Counted from the first letter of the stretch, positions 35,023 through 47,578 are shown. The stretch: DNA of 64,000 bases from Escherichia coli (GCF_003334305.1 NZ_QOWS01000020.1); one strand, 5' to 3'. Numbers and translations are program-made. Notes: generated by a model not told the origin, from the sequence alone.

Positions 35023-35211
35023 ATGAATAACAATGAACCAGATACTCTGCCTGATCCCGCGATAGGCTATATCTTCCAGAATGATATTGTGGCGTTAAAG
35101 CAGGCATTTTCACTGCCTGATATTGATTATGCCGATATTTCCCAACGCGAACAGTTGGCCGCGGCATTAAAACGCTGGCCGTTGCTGGCAGAGTTTGCGC
35201 AACAAAAGTAG
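35023..35211 (+). CDS. bcsR: cellulose biosynthesis protein BcsR (62 aa)
   Basis: MNNNEPDTLPDPAIGYIFQNDIVALKQAFSLPDIDYADISQREQLAAALKRWPLLAEFAQQK. Confidence 0.9.
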   Translation: MNNNEPDTLPDPAIGYIFQNDIVALKQAFSLPDIDYADISQREQLAAALKRWPLLAEFAQQK

Positions 35212-35222
35212 GGGATTGGTGA

Positions 35223-35975
35223 ATGGCCGTACTGGGATTGCAGGGGGTGCGGGGAGGCGTGGGGACAACAACCATCACCGCCGCATTAGCCTGGTCATTA
35301 CAAATGTTGGGAGAAAATGTTCTGGTGGTCGATGCCTGCCCGGACAACTTGTTGCGCCTGTCATTTAATGTTGATTTTACCCACCGTCAGGGCTGGGCCA
35401 GAGCGATGCTGGATGGCCAGGACTGGCGTGACGCTGGGTTGCGCTACACCTCGCAGCTCGATTTGCTGCCTTTTGGTCAGTTATCCATTGAAGAACAAGA
35501 AAATCCACAGCACTGGCAAACCCGGCTGAGCGATATTTGCTCCGGCTTACAGCAACTAAAAGCCAGCGGGCGTTACCAGTGGATTTTAATCGACTTACCG
35601 CGTGATGCCTCGCAGATAACCCACCAGCTGCTGAGTTTGTGCGATCACTCGCTGGCAATCGTCAATGTGGATGCCAACTGCCATATCCGACTGCATCAGC
35701 AAGCGCTGCCGGATGGCGCACATATTTTGATTAATGACTTCCGTATTGGCAGTCAGGTTCAGGACGATATTTACCAGCTTTGGTTGCAAAGCCAGCGCCG
35801 ATTACTGCCGATGCTCATTCATCGTGATGAAGCGATGGCTGAATGCCTGGCGGCTAAGCAACCAGTAGGTGAATATCGCAGTGATGCGCTGGCGGCTGAA
35901 GAGATACTGACGCTGGCGAACTGGTGCCTGTTGAACTACTCCGGGCTGAAAACGCCAGTCGGGAGTGCATCATGA
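35223..35975 (+). CDS. bcsQ: cellulose biosynthesis protein BcsQ (250 aa, ParA/MinD-like ATPase), uninterrupted
   Basis: MAVLGLQGVRGGVGTTTITAALAWSLQ...; codon 6 is TTG (Leu); the frame is open for the full length. Confidence 0.92.
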   Translation: MAVLGLQGVRGGVGTTTITAALAWSLQMLGENVLVVDACPDNLLRLSFNVDFTHRQGWARAMLDGQDWRDAGLRYTSQLDLLPFGQLSIEEQENPQHWQTRLSDICSGLQQLKASGRYQWILIDLPRDASQITHQLLSLCDHSLAIVNVDANCHIRLHQQALPDGAHILINDFRIGSQVQDDIYQLWLQSQRRLLPMLIHRDEAMAECLAAKQPVGEYRSDALAAEEILTLANWCLLNYSGLKTPVGSAS

Positions 35976-38590
35976 GTATCCTGACCCGGTGGTTGCTTAT
36001 CCCGCCGGTCAACGCGCGGCTTATCGGGCGTTATCGCGATTATCGTCGTCACGGTGCGTCGGCTTTCAGCGCGACGCTCGGCTGTTTCTGGATGATCCTG
36101 GCCTGGATTTTTATTCCGCTGGAGCACCCGCGCTGGCAGCGTATTCGCGCAGAACATAAAAACCTGTATCCGCATATCAACACCTCGCGTCCGCGTCCGC
36201 TGGACCCGGTCCGTTATCTCATTCAAACATGCTGGTTACTGATCGGTGCATCGCGCAAAGAAACGCCGAAACCGCGCAGGCGGGCATTTTCAGGTCTGCA
36301 GAATATTCGTGGACGTTACCATCAATGGATGAACGAGCTGCCTGAGCGCGTTAGCCATAAAACACAGCATCTTGATGAGAAAAAAGAGCTCGGTCATTTG
36401 AGTGCCGGGGCGCGGCGGTTGATCCTCGGTATCATCGTCACCTTCTCGCTGATTCTGGCGTTAATCTGCGTTACTCAGCCGTTTAACCCGCTGGCGCAGT
36501 TTATCTTCCTGATGCTGCTGTGGGGGGTAGCGCTGATCGTACGGCGGATGCCGGGGCGCTTCTCAGCGCTAATGTTGATTGTGCTGTCGCTGACTGTTTC
36601 TTGCCGTTATATCTGGTGGCGTTACACCTCTACGCTGAACTGGGACGATCCGGTCAGCCTGGTGTGCGGGCTTATTCTGCTCTTCGCCGAAACGTACGCG
36701 TGGATTGTGCTGGTGCTCGGCTACTTCCAGGTAGTATGGCCGCTGAATCGTCAGCCGGTGCCATTGCCGAAAGATATGTCGCTGTGGCCGTCGGTGGATA
36801 TCTTTGTCCCGACTTACAACGAAGATCTCAACGTGGTGAAAAATACTATTTACGCCTCGCTGGGTATCGACTGGCCGAAAGACAAGCTGAACATCTGGAT
36901 CCTCGATGACGGCGGTAGGGAAGAGTTTCGCCAGTTTGCGCAAAACGTGGGGGTGAAATATATCGCCCGTACCACTCATGAACATGCGAAAGCGGGCAAC
37001 ATCAACAATGCGCTGAAATATGCCAAAGGCGAGTTCGTGTCGATTTTCGACTGCGACCACGTACCAACGCGATCGTTCCTGCAAATGACCATGGGCTGGT
37101 TCCTGAAAGAGAAACAGCTGGCGATGATGCAGACGCCGCACCACTTCTTCTCGCCGGACCCGTTTGAACGCAACCTGGGGCGTTTTCGTAAAACGCCGAA
37201 CGAAGGCACGCTGTTCTATGGTCTGGTGCAGGATGGCAACGATATGTGGGACGCCACTTTCTTCTGCGGTTCCTGTGCAGTAATTCGTCGCAAACCATTG
37301 GATGAAATTGGCGGTATTGCTGTCGAAACGGTAACCGAAGATGCGCACACGTCTCTGCGCCTGCACCGTCGTGGCTACACCTCTGCATATATGCGTATTC
37401 CGCAGGCGGCGGGGCTGGCGACCGAAAGTCTGTCGGCGCATATCGGTCAGCGTATTCGCTGGGCACGCGGGATGGTGCAAATCTTCCGTCTCGATAACCC
37501 GCTTACCGGTAAAGGGCTGAAATTCGCCCAGCGGCTGTGCTACGTCAACGCCATGTTCCACTTCTTGTCGGGCATTCCACGACTGATCTTCCTGACTGCG
37601 CCGCTGGCGTTCCTGCTGCTTCATGCCTACATCATCTATGCGCCAGCGTTGATGATCGCCCTGTTCGTGCTGCCGCATATGATCCATGCCAGCCTGACCA
37701 ACTCCAAGATCCAGGGCAAATATCGCCACTCTTTCTGGAGTGAAATCTACGAAACGGTGCTGGCGTGGTATATCGCACCACCGACGCTGGTGGCGCTGAT
37801 TAACCCGCACAAAGGCAAATTTAACGTCACCGCCAAAGGTGGACTGGTGGAAGAAGAGTACGTCGACTGGGTGATCTCGCGGCCCTACATCTTCCTTGTC
37901 CTGCTCAACCTGGTGGGCGTTGCGGTAGGCATCTGGCGCTACTTCTATGGCCCGCCAACCGAGATGCTCACCGTGGTCGTCAGTATGGTGTGGGTATTCT
38001 ACAACCTGATTGTTCTTGGCGGCGCAGTTGCAGTATCGGTAGAAAGCAAACAGGTACGCCGATCGCACCGCGTGGAGATGACGATGCCCGCGGCAATTGC
38101 CCGCGAAGATGGTCACCTCTTCTCGTGTACCGTTCAGGATTTCTCCGACGGTGGTTTGGGGATCAAGATCAACGGTCAGGCGCAGATTCTGGAAGGGCAG
38201 AAAGTGAATCTGTTGCTTAAACGCGGTCAGCAGGAATACGTCTTCCCGACCCAGGTGGCGCGCGTGATGGGTAATGAAGTTGGGCTGAAATTAATGCCGC
38301 TCACCACCCAGCAACATATCGATTTTGTGCAGTGTACGTTTGCCCGTGCGGATACATGGGCGCTCTGGCAGGACAGCTACCCGGAAGATAAGCCGCTGGA
38401 AAGTCTGCTGGATATTCTGAAGCTCGGCTTCCGTGGCTACCGCCATCTGGCGGAGTTTGCGCCTTCTTCGGTGAAGGGCATATTCCGTGTGCTGACTTCT
38501 CTGGTTTCCTGGGTTGTATCGTTTATTCCGCGCCGCCCGGAGCGGAGCGAAACGGCACAACCATCGGATCAGGCTTTGGCTCAACAATGA
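35972..38590 (+). CDS. bcsA: cellulose synthase catalytic subunit BcsA (872 aa)
   Basis: Track ORF trimmed to MSILTRWLLIPPVNARL...; glycosyltransferase family 2 with QRIRW motif and C-terminal PilZ domain; ATGA overlap with bcsQ. Confidence 0.95.
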   Translation: MSILTRWLLIPPVNARLIGRYRDYRRHGASAFSATLGCFWMILAWIFIPLEHPRWQRIRAEHKNLYPHINTSRPRPLDPVRYLIQTCWLLIGASRKETPKPRRRAFSGLQNIRGRYHQWMNELPERVSHKTQHLDEKKELGHLSAGARRLILGIIVTFSLILALICVTQPFNPLAQFIFLMLLWGVALIVRRMPGRFSALMLIVLSLTVSCRYIWWRYTSTLNWDDPVSLVCGLILLFAETYAWIVLVLGYFQVVWPLNRQPVPLPKDMSLWPSVDIFVPTYNEDLNVVKNTIYASLGIDWPKDKLNIWILDDGGREEFRQFAQNVGVKYIARTTHEHAKAGNINNALKYAKGEFVSIFDCDHVPTRSFLQMTMGWFLKEKQLAMMQTPHHFFSPDPFERNLGRFRKTPNEGTLFYGLVQDGNDMWDATFFCGSCAVIRRKPLDEIGGIAVETVTEDAHTSLRLHRRGYTSAYMRIPQAAGLATESLSAHIGQRIRWARGMVQIFRLDNPLTGKGLKFAQRLCYVNAMFHFLSGIPRLIFLTAPLAFLLLHAYIIYAPALMIALFVLPHMIHASLTNSKIQGKYRHSFWSEIYETVLAWYIAPPTLVALINPHKGKFNVTAKGGLVEEEYVDWVISRPYIFLVLLNLVGVAVGIWRYFYGPPTEMLTVVVSMVWVFYNLIVLGGAVAVSVESKQVRRSHRVEMTMPAAIAREDGHLFSCTVQDFSDGGLGIKINGQAQILEGQKVNLLLKRGQQEYVFPTQVARVMGNEVGLKLMPLTTQQHIDFVQCTFARADTWALWQDSYPEDKPLESLLDILKLGFRGYRHLAEFAPSSVKGIFRVLTSLVSWVVSFIPRRPERSETAQPSDQALAQQ

Positions 38591-38600
38591 TGATAACGCG

Positions 38601-40940
38601 ATGAAAAGAAAACTATTCTGGATTTGTGCAGTGGCTATGGGGATGAGTGCGTTCCCCTCTTTCATGACGCAGGCGACGCCAGCAACGCAACCACTGATCA
38701 ATGCTGAGCCAGCTGTAGCCGCCCAGACGGAACAAAATCCGCAGGTGGGGCAAGTGATGCCGGGCGTGCAGGGCGCTGATGCGCCAGTCGTGGCGCAGAA
38801 CGGTCCTTCGCGTGATGTGAAGCTGACCTTTGCGCAAATTGCGCCGCCGCCGGGCAGCATGGTGCTACGTGGCATTAACCCGAACGGCAGCATTGAGTTT
38901 GGCATGCGCAGCGATGAAGTGGTGACGAAGGCGATGCTCAACCTCGAATACACGCCATCGCCATCGTTACTGCCTGTCCAGTCGCAGTTAAAGGTTTATC
39001 TCAATGATGAGCTGATGGGCGTGCTGCCAGTGACCAAAGAACAGTTGGGTAAAAAAACGCTGGCGCAAATGCCCATTAACCCACTGTTTATTACCGACTT
39101 CAACCGTGTGCGGCTGGAGTTTGTCGGCCATTATCAGGACGTGTGCGAAAACCCGGCCAGCACCACGCTTTGGCTGGATGTTGGGCGGAGCAGTGGACTG
39201 GATCTGACCTATCAGCCCCTGAATGTGAAGAATGACCTGTCACACTTCCCGGTGCCATTCTTTGACCCGCGCGATAACCGTACTAACACCTTGCCGATGG
39301 TCTTTGCGGGTGCGCCGGATGTTGGGCTGCAACAAGCCTCTGCCATTGTCGCCTCGTGGTTTGGTTCGCGTTCTGGCTGGCGTGGGCAGAACTTCCCGGT
39401 GCTCTATAACCAACTGCCGGATCGTAATGCCATTGTCTTTGCAACCAACGACAAACGGCCGGACTTCCTGCGCGATCATCCGGCGGTAAAAGCCCCTGTG
39501 ATTGAGATGATTAACCATCCGCAGAATCCTTACGTCAAACTGCTGGTGGTGTTTGGTCGTGACGACAAAGACCTGTTGCAGGCAGCGAAAGGTATCGCTC
39601 AGGGTAACATTCTGTTCCGTGGTGAAAGCGTGGTAGTGAATGAAGTGAAACCGCTGCTACCGCGTAAGCCGTACGATGCGCCGAACTGGGTACGTACCGA
39701 TCGTCCGGTCACATTTGGCGAACTGAAAACCTATGAAGAACAGTTACAATCCAGCGGTCTTGAGCCAGCAGCGATTAACGTTTCGCTAAACCTGCCGCCG
39801 GATCTCTACCTGATGCGCAGTACCGGCATTGATATGGATATTAATTACCGCTACACCATGCCGCCGGTGAAAGACAGTTCGCGGATGGATATCAGCCTGA
39901 ATAACCAGTTCCTGCAATCCTTCAATCTGAGCAGCAAACAGGAGGCGAACCGCCTGCTGCTGCGGATTCCGGTATTACAAGGTTTGCTGGATGGCAAAAC
40001 AGATGTCTCTATTCCGGCGCTGAAACTGGGCGCGACCAACCAGCTGCGCTTCGACTTTGAGTATATGAACCCGATGCCGGGCGGTTCGGTGGATAACTGT
40101 ATTACCTTCCAGCCGGTGCAGAATCATGTGGTGATTGGTGACGACTCCACCATCGACTTCTCGAAGTATTACCACTTCATCCCGATGCCGGATCTACGCG
40201 CCTTTGCTAACGCGGGCTTCCCATTCAGCCGGATGGCGGATCTGTCGCAAACCATCACCGTGATGCCGAAAGCGCCTAACGAAGCACAGATGGAAACGTT
40301 GCTGAATACTGTTGGTTTTATCGGCGCACAGACGGGCTTCCCGGCGATTAATCTGACGGTGACCGATGATGGCAGCACCATTCAGGGCAAAGATGCCGAC
40401 ATCATGATCATCGGTGGTATCCCGGACAAACTGAAAGACGATAAGCAGATCGACCTATTGGTGCAGGCGACCGAAAGCTGGGTGAAAACACCGATGCGCC
40501 AGACCCCGTTCCCCGGCATTGTGCCGGACGAGAGCGATCGCGCGGCAGAAACCCAGTCAACGCTGACCTCTTCCGGTGCGATGGCGGCGGTGATTGGCTT
40601 CCAGTCGCCGTATAACGACCAGCGCAGCGTGATTGCGCTGCTGGCAGATAGCCCACGCGGTTATGAAATGCTTAACGATGCGGTGAACGATAGCGGCAAA
40701 CGCGCCACCATGTTCGGTTCGGTCGCGGTGATCCGCGAGTCCGGTATCAACAGCCTACGTGTTGGCGACGTTTATTACGTAGGTCATCTGCCGTGGTTCG
40801 AGCGCTTGTGGTATGCGCTGGCAAACCATCCGATTCTGCTGGCGGTGCTGGCGGCTATCAGTGTGATATTGCTGGCATGGGTACTGTGGCGTCTGCTGCG
40901 AATTATTAGTCGTCGTCGTCTTAACCCGGATAACGAGTAA
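38601..40940 (+). CDS. bcsB: cellulose synthase regulatory subunit BcsB (779 aa)
   Basis: Track ORF trimmed to MKRKLFWICAVAMGMSAFPSFMTQA (signal peptide); C-terminal TM anchor. Confidence 0.95.
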   Translation: MKRKLFWICAVAMGMSAFPSFMTQATPATQPLINAEPAVAAQTEQNPQVGQVMPGVQGADAPVVAQNGPSRDVKLTFAQIAPPPGSMVLRGINPNGSIEFGMRSDEVVTKAMLNLEYTPSPSLLPVQSQLKVYLNDELMGVLPVTKEQLGKKTLAQMPINPLFITDFNRVRLEFVGHYQDVCENPASTTLWLDVGRSSGLDLTYQPLNVKNDLSHFPVPFFDPRDNRTNTLPMVFAGAPDVGLQQASAIVASWFGSRSGWRGQNFPVLYNQLPDRNAIVFATNDKRPDFLRDHPAVKAPVIEMINHPQNPYVKLLVVFGRDDKDLLQAAKGIAQGNILFRGESVVVNEVKPLLPRKPYDAPNWVRTDRPVTFGELKTYEEQLQSSGLEPAAINVSLNLPPDLYLMRSTGIDMDINYRYTMPPVKDSSRMDISLNNQFLQSFNLSSKQEANRLLLRIPVLQGLLDGKTDVSIPALKLGATNQLRFDFEYMNPMPGGSVDNCITFQPVQNHVVIGDDSTIDFSKYYHFIPMPDLRAFANAGFPFSRMADLSQTITVMPKAPNEAQMETLLNTVGFIGAQTGFPAINLTVTDDGSTIQGKDADIMIIGGIPDKLKDDKQIDLLVQATESWVKTPMRQTPFPGIVPDESDRAAETQSTLTSSGAMAAVIGFQSPYNDQRSVIALLADSPRGYEMLNDAVNDSGKRATMFGSVAVIRESGINSLRVGDVYYVGHLPWFERLWYALANHPILLAVLAAISVILLAWVLWRLLRIISRRRLNPDNE

Positions 40941-40946
40941 TTGAAG

Positions 40947-42053
40947 ATGAATGTGTTGCGTAGTGGAATCGTGACGATGCTGCTGTTGGCTGCCTTTAGT
41001 GTTCAGGCAGCCTGTACCTGGCCTGCCTGGGAGCAGTTTAAAAAGGATTACATCAGTCAGGAAGGGCGCGTCATCGACCCCAGCGACGCGCGCAAAATCA
41101 CCACCTCCGAAGGGCAAAGTTACGGTATGTTCTTTGCCCTGGCGGCTAACGACCGTGTAGCTTTCGATAATATTCTCGACTGGACGCAGAACAATCTCGC
41201 TCAGGGTTCTTTAAAAGAACGTTTGCCCGCCTGGCTGTGGGGCAAGAAAGAGAACAGTAAGTGGGAAGTGCTGGACAGCAATTCGGCCTCCGATGGTGAT
41301 GTCTGGATGGCCTGGTCGTTGCTGGAGGCGGGGCGTTTGTGGAAAGAGCAGCGTTATACCGACATCGGCAGCGCGTTGCTAAAACGTATCGCGCGGGAGG
41401 AAGTGGTGACGGTGCCTGGGCTGGGTTCCATGTTGTTACCGGGCAAAGTGGGTTTTGCTGAGGATAACAGCTGGCGTTTTAACCCCAGCTACCTGCCGCC
41501 GACGCTGGCGCAGTATTTCACCCGCTTTGGCGCGCCGTGGACCACGCTGCGCGAAACCAATCAACGTTTATTGCTGGAAACCGCCCCGAAAGGTTTTTCG
41601 CCAGACTGGGTGCGCTATGAGAAAGACAAAGGCTGGCAGCTAAAAGCCGAAAAAACATTGATCAGCAGCTACGACGCTATCCGCGTTTACATGTGGGTAG
41701 GCATGATGCCTGACAGCGATCCGCAAAAAGCGCGGATGCTCAACCGGTTTAAACCGATGGCGACATTCACTGAGAAAAACGGTTATCCGCCGGAAAAAGT
41801 GGATGTGGCTACGGGGAAAGCGCAGGGTAAAGGACCGGTCGGTTTTTCTGCCGCCATGCTGCCCTTTTTACAAAACCGCGATGCGCAGGCCGTTCAGCGC
41901 CAGCGCGTGGCCGATAACTTTCCCGGCAGCGATGCCTATTACAACTATGTGCTGACCCTGTTTGGACAAGGCTGGGATCAACACCGTTTCCGCTTCTCGA
42001 CAAAAGGTGAGTTATTACCTGACTGGGGCCAGGAATGCGCAAATTCACACTAA
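40947..42053 (+). CDS. bcsZ: endo-1,4-beta-glucanase BcsZ (368 aa, glycoside hydrolase family 8)
   Basis: [45 protein letters not shown]... Confidence 0.94.
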   Translation: MNVLRSGIVTMLLLAAFSVQAACTWPAWEQFKKDYISQEGRVIDPSDARKITTSEGQSYGMFFALAANDRVAFDNILDWTQNNLAQGSLKERLPAWLWGKKENSKWEVLDSNSASDGDVWMAWSLLEAGRLWKEQRYTDIGSALLKRIAREEVVTVPGLGSMLLPGKVGFAEDNSWRFNPSYLPPTLAQYFTRFGAPWTTLRETNQRLLLETAPKGFSPDWVRYEKDKGWQLKAEKTLISSYDAIRVYMWVGMMPDSDPQKARMLNRFKPMATFTEKNGYPPEKVDVATGKAQGKGPVGFSAAMLPFLQNRDAQAVQRQRVADNFPGSDAYYNYVLTLFGQGWDQHRFRFSTKGELLPDWGQECANSH

Positions 42054-45000
42054 ACATATTCACGCTTTCCCTCGGTCTGGCCGTCATGCCGATGGTCGAG
42101 GCAGCACCAACCGCTCAGCAACAGTTGCTGGAGCAAGTTCGGTTAGGCGAAGCGACCCATCGTGAAGATCTGGTGCAACAGTCGTTATATCGGCTGGAAC
42201 TTATTGATCCGAATAACCCGGACGTCGTTGCCGCCCGTTTCCGTTCTTTGTTACGTCAGGGCGATATTGATGGCGCGCAAAAACAGCTCGATCGGCTGTC
42301 GCAGTTAGCGCCGAGTTCAAATGCGTATAAATCGTCGCGGACTACGATGCTACTTTCCACGCCGGATGGTCGTCAGGCACTGCAACAGGCACGATTGCAG
42401 GCGACGACCGGTCATGCAGAAGAAGCTGTGGCGAGTTACAACAAACTGTTCAACGGTGCGCCGCCGGAAGGTGACATTGCTGTCGAGTACTGGAGTACGG
42501 TGGCGAAAATTCCGGCTCGCCGTGGCGAAGCGATTAATCAGTTAAAACGCATCAATGCGGATGCACCGGGCAATACGGGCCTGCAAAACAATCTGGCGCT
42601 ATTGCTGTTTAGTAGCGATCGGCGTGACGAAGGTTTTGCCGTCCTGGAACAGATGGCAAAATCGAACGCCGGGCGCGAAGGGGCCTCTAAAATCTGGTAC
42701 GGGCAGATTAAAGACATGCCCGTCAGTGATGCCAGTGTGTCGGCGCTGAAAAAATATCTCTCGATCTTTAGTGATGGCGATAGCGTGGCGGCTGCGCAAT
42801 CGCAACTGGCAGAACAGCAAAAACAGCTGGCCGATCCTGCTTTCCGCGCTCGTGCGCAAGGTTTAGCGGCGGTGGACTCTGGTATGGCGGGTAAAGCCAT
42901 TCCCGAACTACAACAGGCGGTGCGGGCGAACCCGAAAGACAGTGAAGCTCTGGGGGCGCTGGGCCAGGCGTATTCTCAGAAAGGCGATCGCGCCAATGCA
43001 GTGGCGAATCTGGAAAAAGCCCTCGCACTGGACCCGCACAGCAGCAACAACGACAAATGGAACAGTCTGCTGAAAGTAAACCGCTACTGGCTGGCGATCC
43101 AGCAGGGCGATGCTGCGCTGAAAGCCAATAATCCTGACCGGGCAGAACGCCTGTTCCAGCAGGCGCGTAATGTCGATAACACCGACAGTTATGCAGTGCT
43201 GGGGCTGGGCGATGTGGCGATGGCGCGAAAAGATTATTCCGCCGCCGAACGTTATTATCAGCAGACCTTGCGTATGGACAGCGGCAACACTAACGCCGTG
43301 CGCGGGCTGGCAAATATTTACCGCCAGCAATCGCCAGAAAAAGCTGAAGCGTTTATCGCCTCGCTCTCTGCCAGTCAGCGGCGTAGCATTGATGATATCG
43401 AACGCAGCCTGCAAAACGACCGTCTGGCACAGCAGGCAGAGGCACTGGAAAACCAGGGCAAATGGGCGCAGGCGGCAGCACTTCAGCGGCAACGACTGGC
43501 GCTGGACCCCGGCAGCGTATGGATTACTTACCGACTTTCGCAGGATCTCTGGCAGGCCGGACAACGCAGCCAGGCCGATACGTTAATGCGCAATCTGGCG
43601 CAGCAGAAGCCGAACGACCCGGAGCAGGTTTACGCTTACGGGCTGTACCTCTCTGGTCATGACCAGGACAGAGCGGCGCTGGCGCATATCAACAGCCTGC
43701 CGCGCGCGCAGTGGAACAGCAATATTCAGGAGCTGGTTAATCGACTGCAAAGCGATCAGGTGCTGGAAACCGCTAATCGCCTGCGAGAAAGCGGCAAAGA
43801 AGCTGAAGCGGAAGCGATGCTGCGTCAGCAACCACCTTCCACGCGTATTGACCTCACGCTGGCTGACTGGGCGCAGCAGCGACGTGATTACACCGCCGCC
43901 CGCGCTGCATATCAGAATGTCCTGACGCGGGAGCCAACTAACGCCGATGCCATTCTGGGGCTGACGGAAGTGGATATTGCTGCCGGTGACACAGCGGCGG
44001 CACGTAGCCAGCTGGCGAAACTGCCCGCTACCGATAACGCCTCGCTGAACACACAGCGGCGCGTGGCGCTGGCGCAGGCGCAGCTTGGAGATACCGCAGC
44101 GGCGCAGCAGACGTTTAATAAGTTGATCCCGCAGGCAAAATCTCAGCCACCGTCGATGGAAAGCGCGATGGTGCTGCGCGACGGTGCGAAGTTTGAAGCG
44201 CAGGCGGGCGATCCAAAGCAGGCGCTGGAAACCTACAAAGACGCCATGGTCGCATCCGGTGTGACTACGACGCGTCCGCAGGATAACGACACATTCACCC
44301 GACTGACCCGTAACGACGAGAAAGATGACTGGCTGAAACGCGGCGTGCGCAGCGATGCGGCGGACCTCTATCGCCAGCAGGATCTTAACGTCACCCTTGA
44401 GCACGATTACTGGGGTTCGAGCGGCACCGGTGGTTACTCCGATCTGAAAGCGCACACTACCATGTTGCAGGTGGATGCGCCGTATTCTGACGGGCGGATG
44501 TTCTTTCGCAGTGATTTCGTCAATATGAACGTCGGCAGTTTCTCCACTAATGCCGATGGCAAATGGGATGACAACTGGGGCACCTGTACATTACAGGACT
44601 GTAGCGGCAACCGCAGCCAGTCGGATTCCGGTGCCAGCGTGGCGGTCGGCTGGCGAAATGACGTCTGGAGCTGGGATATCGGTACCACGCCGATGGGCTT
44701 CAACGTGGTGGATGTGGTCGGCGGCATCAGTTACAGCGATGATATCGGGCCGCTGGGTTACACCGTTAACGCCCACCGTCGGCCCATCTCCAGTTCTTTG
44801 CTGGCCTTTGGTGGGCAAAAAGACTCCCCGAGCAATACCGGGAAAAAATGGGGTGGCGTACGTGCCGACGGTGTGGGGCTAAGTCTGAGCTACGATAAAG
44901 GTGAAGCAAACGGCGTCTGGGCATCGCTTAGTGGCGACCAGTTAACCGGTAAAAATGTCGAAGATAACTGGCGCGTGCGCTGGATGACGGGCTATTACTA

Positions 45001-45508
45001 TAAGGTCATTAACCAGAACAATCGCCGCGTCACAATCGGCCTGAACAACATGATCTGGCATTACGACAAAGATCTGAGTGGCTACTCACTCGGTCAGGGC
45101 GGTTACTACAGTCCGCAGGAATACCTGTCGTTTGCCATACCGGTGATGTGGCGGGAGCGCACGGAAAACTGGTCGTGGGAGCTGGGGGCGTCTGGCTCGT
45201 GGTCGCATTCACGCACCAAAACCATGCCGCGTTATCCGCTGATGAATCTGATCCCGACCGACTGGCAGGAAGAAGCTGCGCGGCAATCCAACGATGGCGG
45301 CAGCAGTCAGGGCTTCGGCTACACGGCGCGGGCATTACTTGAACGACGTGTTACTTCCAACTGGTTTGTTGGCACGGCAATTGATATCCAGCAGGCGAAA
45401 GATTACGCACCCAGCCATTTCCTGCTCTACGTACGTTATTCCGCCGCCGGATGGCAGGGTGACATGGATTTACCGCCGCAGCCGCTGATACCTTACGCCG
45501 ACTGGTAA
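42035..45508 (+). CDS. bcsC: cellulose synthase outer-membrane subunit BcsC (1157 aa; TPR repeats plus C-terminal beta-barrel)
   Basis: Signal peptide, long TPR-rich region, C-terminal porin-like domain; 19-bp overlap with bcsZ. Confidence 0.95.
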   Translation: MRKFTLNIFTLSLGLAVMPMVEAAPTAQQQLLEQVRLGEATHREDLVQQSLYRLELIDPNNPDVVAARFRSLLRQGDIDGAQKQLDRLSQLAPSSNAYKSSRTTMLLSTPDGRQALQQARLQATTGHAEEAVASYNKLFNGAPPEGDIAVEYWSTVAKIPARRGEAINQLKRINADAPGNTGLQNNLALLLFSSDRRDEGFAVLEQMAKSNAGREGASKIWYGQIKDMPVSDASVSALKKYLSIFSDGDSVAAAQSQLAEQQKQLADPAFRARAQGLAAVDSGMAGKAIPELQQAVRANPKDSEALGALGQAYSQKGDRANAVANLEKALALDPHSSNNDKWNSLLKVNRYWLAIQQGDAALKANNPDRAERLFQQARNVDNTDSYAVLGLGDVAMARKDYSAAERYYQQTLRMDSGNTNAVRGLANIYRQQSPEKAEAFIASLSASQRRSIDDIERSLQNDRLAQQAEALENQGKWAQAAALQRQRLALDPGSVWITYRLSQDLWQAGQRSQADTLMRNLAQQKPNDPEQVYAYGLYLSGHDQDRAALAHINSLPRAQWNSNIQELVNRLQSDQVLETANRLRESGKEAEAEAMLRQQPPSTRIDLTLADWAQQRRDYTAARAAYQNVLTREPTNADAILGLTEVDIAAGDTAAARSQLAKLPATDNASLNTQRRVALAQAQLGDTAAAQQTFNKLIPQAKSQPPSMESAMVLRDGAKFEAQAGDPKQALETYKDAMVASGVTTTRPQDNDTFTRLTRNDEKDDWLKRGVRSDAADLYRQQDLNVTLEHDYWGSSGTGGYSDLKAHTTMLQVDAPYSDGRMFFRSDFVNMNVGSFSTNADGKWDDNWGTCTLQDCSGNRSQSDSGASVAVGWRNDVWSWDIGTTPMGFNVVDVVGGISYSDDIGPLGYTVNAHRRPISSSLLAFGGQKDSPSNTGKKWGGVRADGVGLSLSYDKGEANGVWASLSGDQLTGKNVEDNWRVRWMTGYYYKVINQNNRRVTIGLNNMIWHYDKDLSGYSLGQGGYYSPQEYLSFAIPVMWRERTENWSWELGASGSWSHSRTKTMPRYPLMNLIPTDWQEEAARQSNDGGSSQGFGYTARALLERRVTSNWFVGTAIDIQQAKDYAPSHFLLYVRYSAAGWQGDMDLPPQPLIPYADW

Positions 45509-45589
45509 GTTTTCAGATAGCGCCTCTCTTAATGCCGCTGCGATCGGGTATACTCGGGCGGCAATCTGGGATTTCCGGGGGGAGACAAT

Positions 45590-47578
45590 TTGCGCGTAAG
45601 TCGCTCGTTAACAATCAAGCAGATGGCAATGGTGGCAGCCGTTGTCCTGGTGTTCGTTTTTATTTTTTGCACCGTTTTGCTGTTCCATCTGGTCCAGCAG
45701 AATCGCTATAACACGGCTACGCAACTGGAAAGCATTGCTCGCTCTGTCCGCGAACCCTTATCTTCAGCTATTTTGAAAGGCGATATTCCCGAAGCGGAAG
45801 CTATTCTTGCCAGCATTAAACCGGCAGGCGTGGTCAGCCGTGCCGATGTAGTGCTGCCTAACCAGTTCCAGGCGCTGCGTAAAAGTTTTATTCCAGAGCG
45901 CCCGGTGCCGGTAATGGTTACTCGCCTGTTTGAGCTACCGGTTCAAATCTCGCTGGGCGTTTACTCGCTCGAACGTCCGGCAAACCCGCAGCCAATTGCC
46001 TATCTGGTACTACAGGCGGATTCCTTCCGTATGTATAAGTTCGTGATGAGCACCCTCTCAACGTTAGTGACCATTTACTTACTTTTGTCGCTTATCCTGA
46101 CCGTCGCCATCAGCTGGTGCATTAACCGCCTGATTTTGCATCCGTTACGCAATATTGCTCGCGAACTTAACGCCATCCCAGCCCAGGAGCTTGTTGGTCA
46201 CCAACTGGCATTACCGCGTCTGCATCAGGACGATGAAATCGGTATGTTGGTGCGCAGTTACAACCTCAACCAGCAATTGCTGCAGCGCCATTATGAAGAA
46301 CAGAACGAAAATGCGATGCGCTTCCCGGTGTCGGATTTGCCGAACAAAGCCTTGCTGATGGAGATGCTGGAGCAGGTTGTCGCGCGTAAACAAACCACCG
46401 CGCTGATGATCATCACCTGTGAAACCCTGCGTGATACTGCGGGCGTGCTGAAAGAGGCGCAACGAGAAATTCTGCTGCTGACGCTGGTGGAAAAACTCAA
46501 ATCGGTACTGTCGCCACGTATGATCCTCGCGCAGATTAGCGGTTATGACTTTGCTGTCATTGCCAACGGTGTACAGGAACCGTGGCACGCAATCACCTTA
46601 GGTCAGCAAGTGCTCACTATCATGAGCGAGCGCCTGCCGATTGAACGTATTCAACTCCGTCCGCACTGTAGCATTGGCGTGGCGATGTTCTACGGCGATC
46701 TCACCGCCGAACAGCTTTACAGTCGCGCTATTTCTGCGGCATTTACCGCTCGCCATAAAGGCAAGAATCAGATTCAGTTCTTTGATCCGCAGCAGATGGA
46801 AGCCGCCCAGAAGCGGTTGACGGAAGAGAGTGATATCCTTAATGCACTGGAAAATCATCAGTTTGCTATTTGGTTACAGCCACAGGTCGAGATGACCAGC
46901 GGAAAACTGGTCAGTGCGGAAGTGTTACTGCGTATCCAGCAACCGGATGGCAGTTGGGACCTGCCGGATGGCTTAATCGATCGCATTGAGTGCTGTGGGC
47001 TGATGGTTACCGTCGGTCACTGGGTGCTGGAAGAGTCCTGTCGATTGCTTGCAGCCTGGCAAGAGCGCGGCATTATGCTGCCCTTGTCGGTAAACCTCTC
47101 TGCGCTGCAACTGATGCACCCAAATATGGTGGCGGATATGCTGGAACTGTTAACCCGCTATCGCATTCAGCCGGGAACACTGATTCTGGAAGTGACAGAA
47201 AGCCGACGTATTGACGACCCTCATGCTGCGGTGGCAATCCTCCGTCCGCTGCGCAATGCCGGAGTTCGGGTGGCGCTGGATGATTTCGGCATGGGCTACG
47301 CAGGGCTGCGTCAGCTGCAGCATATGAAATCGTTGCCAATCGACGTACTGAAAATCGACAAAATGTTTGTTGCAGGCTTGCCGGAAGATAGCAGCATGAT
47401 TGCTGCAATTATCATGCTGGCGCAGAGCCTGAACTTACAAATGATTGCCGAAGGCGTGGAGACTGAAGCACAACGCGACTGGCTGGCAAAAGCGGGCGTT
47501 GGTATTGCCCAGGGCTTCCTTTTTGCTCGCCCACTCCCTATTGAAATCTTCGAAGAGAGTTACCTGGAAGAAAAGTAG
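45590..47578 (+). CDS. pdeK: c-di-GMP phosphodiesterase PdeK (membrane HAMP-GGDEF-like-EAL protein)
   Basis: Track ORF begins at a TTG (662 aa); in-frame ATG codons at 45623 and 45629 are alternative starts; C-terminal EAL domain ends ...[18 protein letters not shown]. Confidence 0.85.
   Translation: MRVSRSLTIKQMAMVAAVVLVFVFIFCTVLLFHLVQQNRYNTATQLESIARSVREPLSSAILKGDIPEAEAILASIKPAGVVSRADVVLPNQFQALRKSFIPERPVPVMVTRLFELPVQISLGVYSLERPANPQPIAYLVLQADSFRMYKFVMSTLSTLVTIYLLLSLILTVAISWCINRLILHPLRNIARELNAIPAQELVGHQLALPRLHQDDEIGMLVRSYNLNQQLLQRHYEEQNENAMRFPVSDLPNKALLMEMLEQVVARKQTTALMIITCETLRDTAGVLKEAQREILLLTLVEKLKSVLSPRMILAQISGYDFAVIANGVQEPWHAITLGQQVLTIMSERLPIERIQLRPHCSIGVAMFYGDLTAEQLYSRAISAAFTARHKGKNQIQFFDPQQMEAAQKRLTEESDILNALENHQFAIWLQPQVEMTSGKLVSAEVLLRIQQPDGSWDLPDGLIDRIECCGLMVTVGHWVLEESCRLLAAWQERGIMLPLSVNLSALQLMHPNMVADMLELLTRYRIQPGTLILEVTESRRIDDPHAAVAILRPLRNAGVRVALDDFGMGYAGLRQLQHMKSLPIDVLKIDKMFVAGLPEDSSMIAAIIMLAQSLNLQMIAEGVETEAQRDWLAKAGVGIAQGFLFARPLPIEIFEESYLEEK

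Noticed and set aside
36569-38116. 515-aa ORF on the minus strand
   Set aside because: Antisense to bcsA; a chance open frame in a GC-rich gene.
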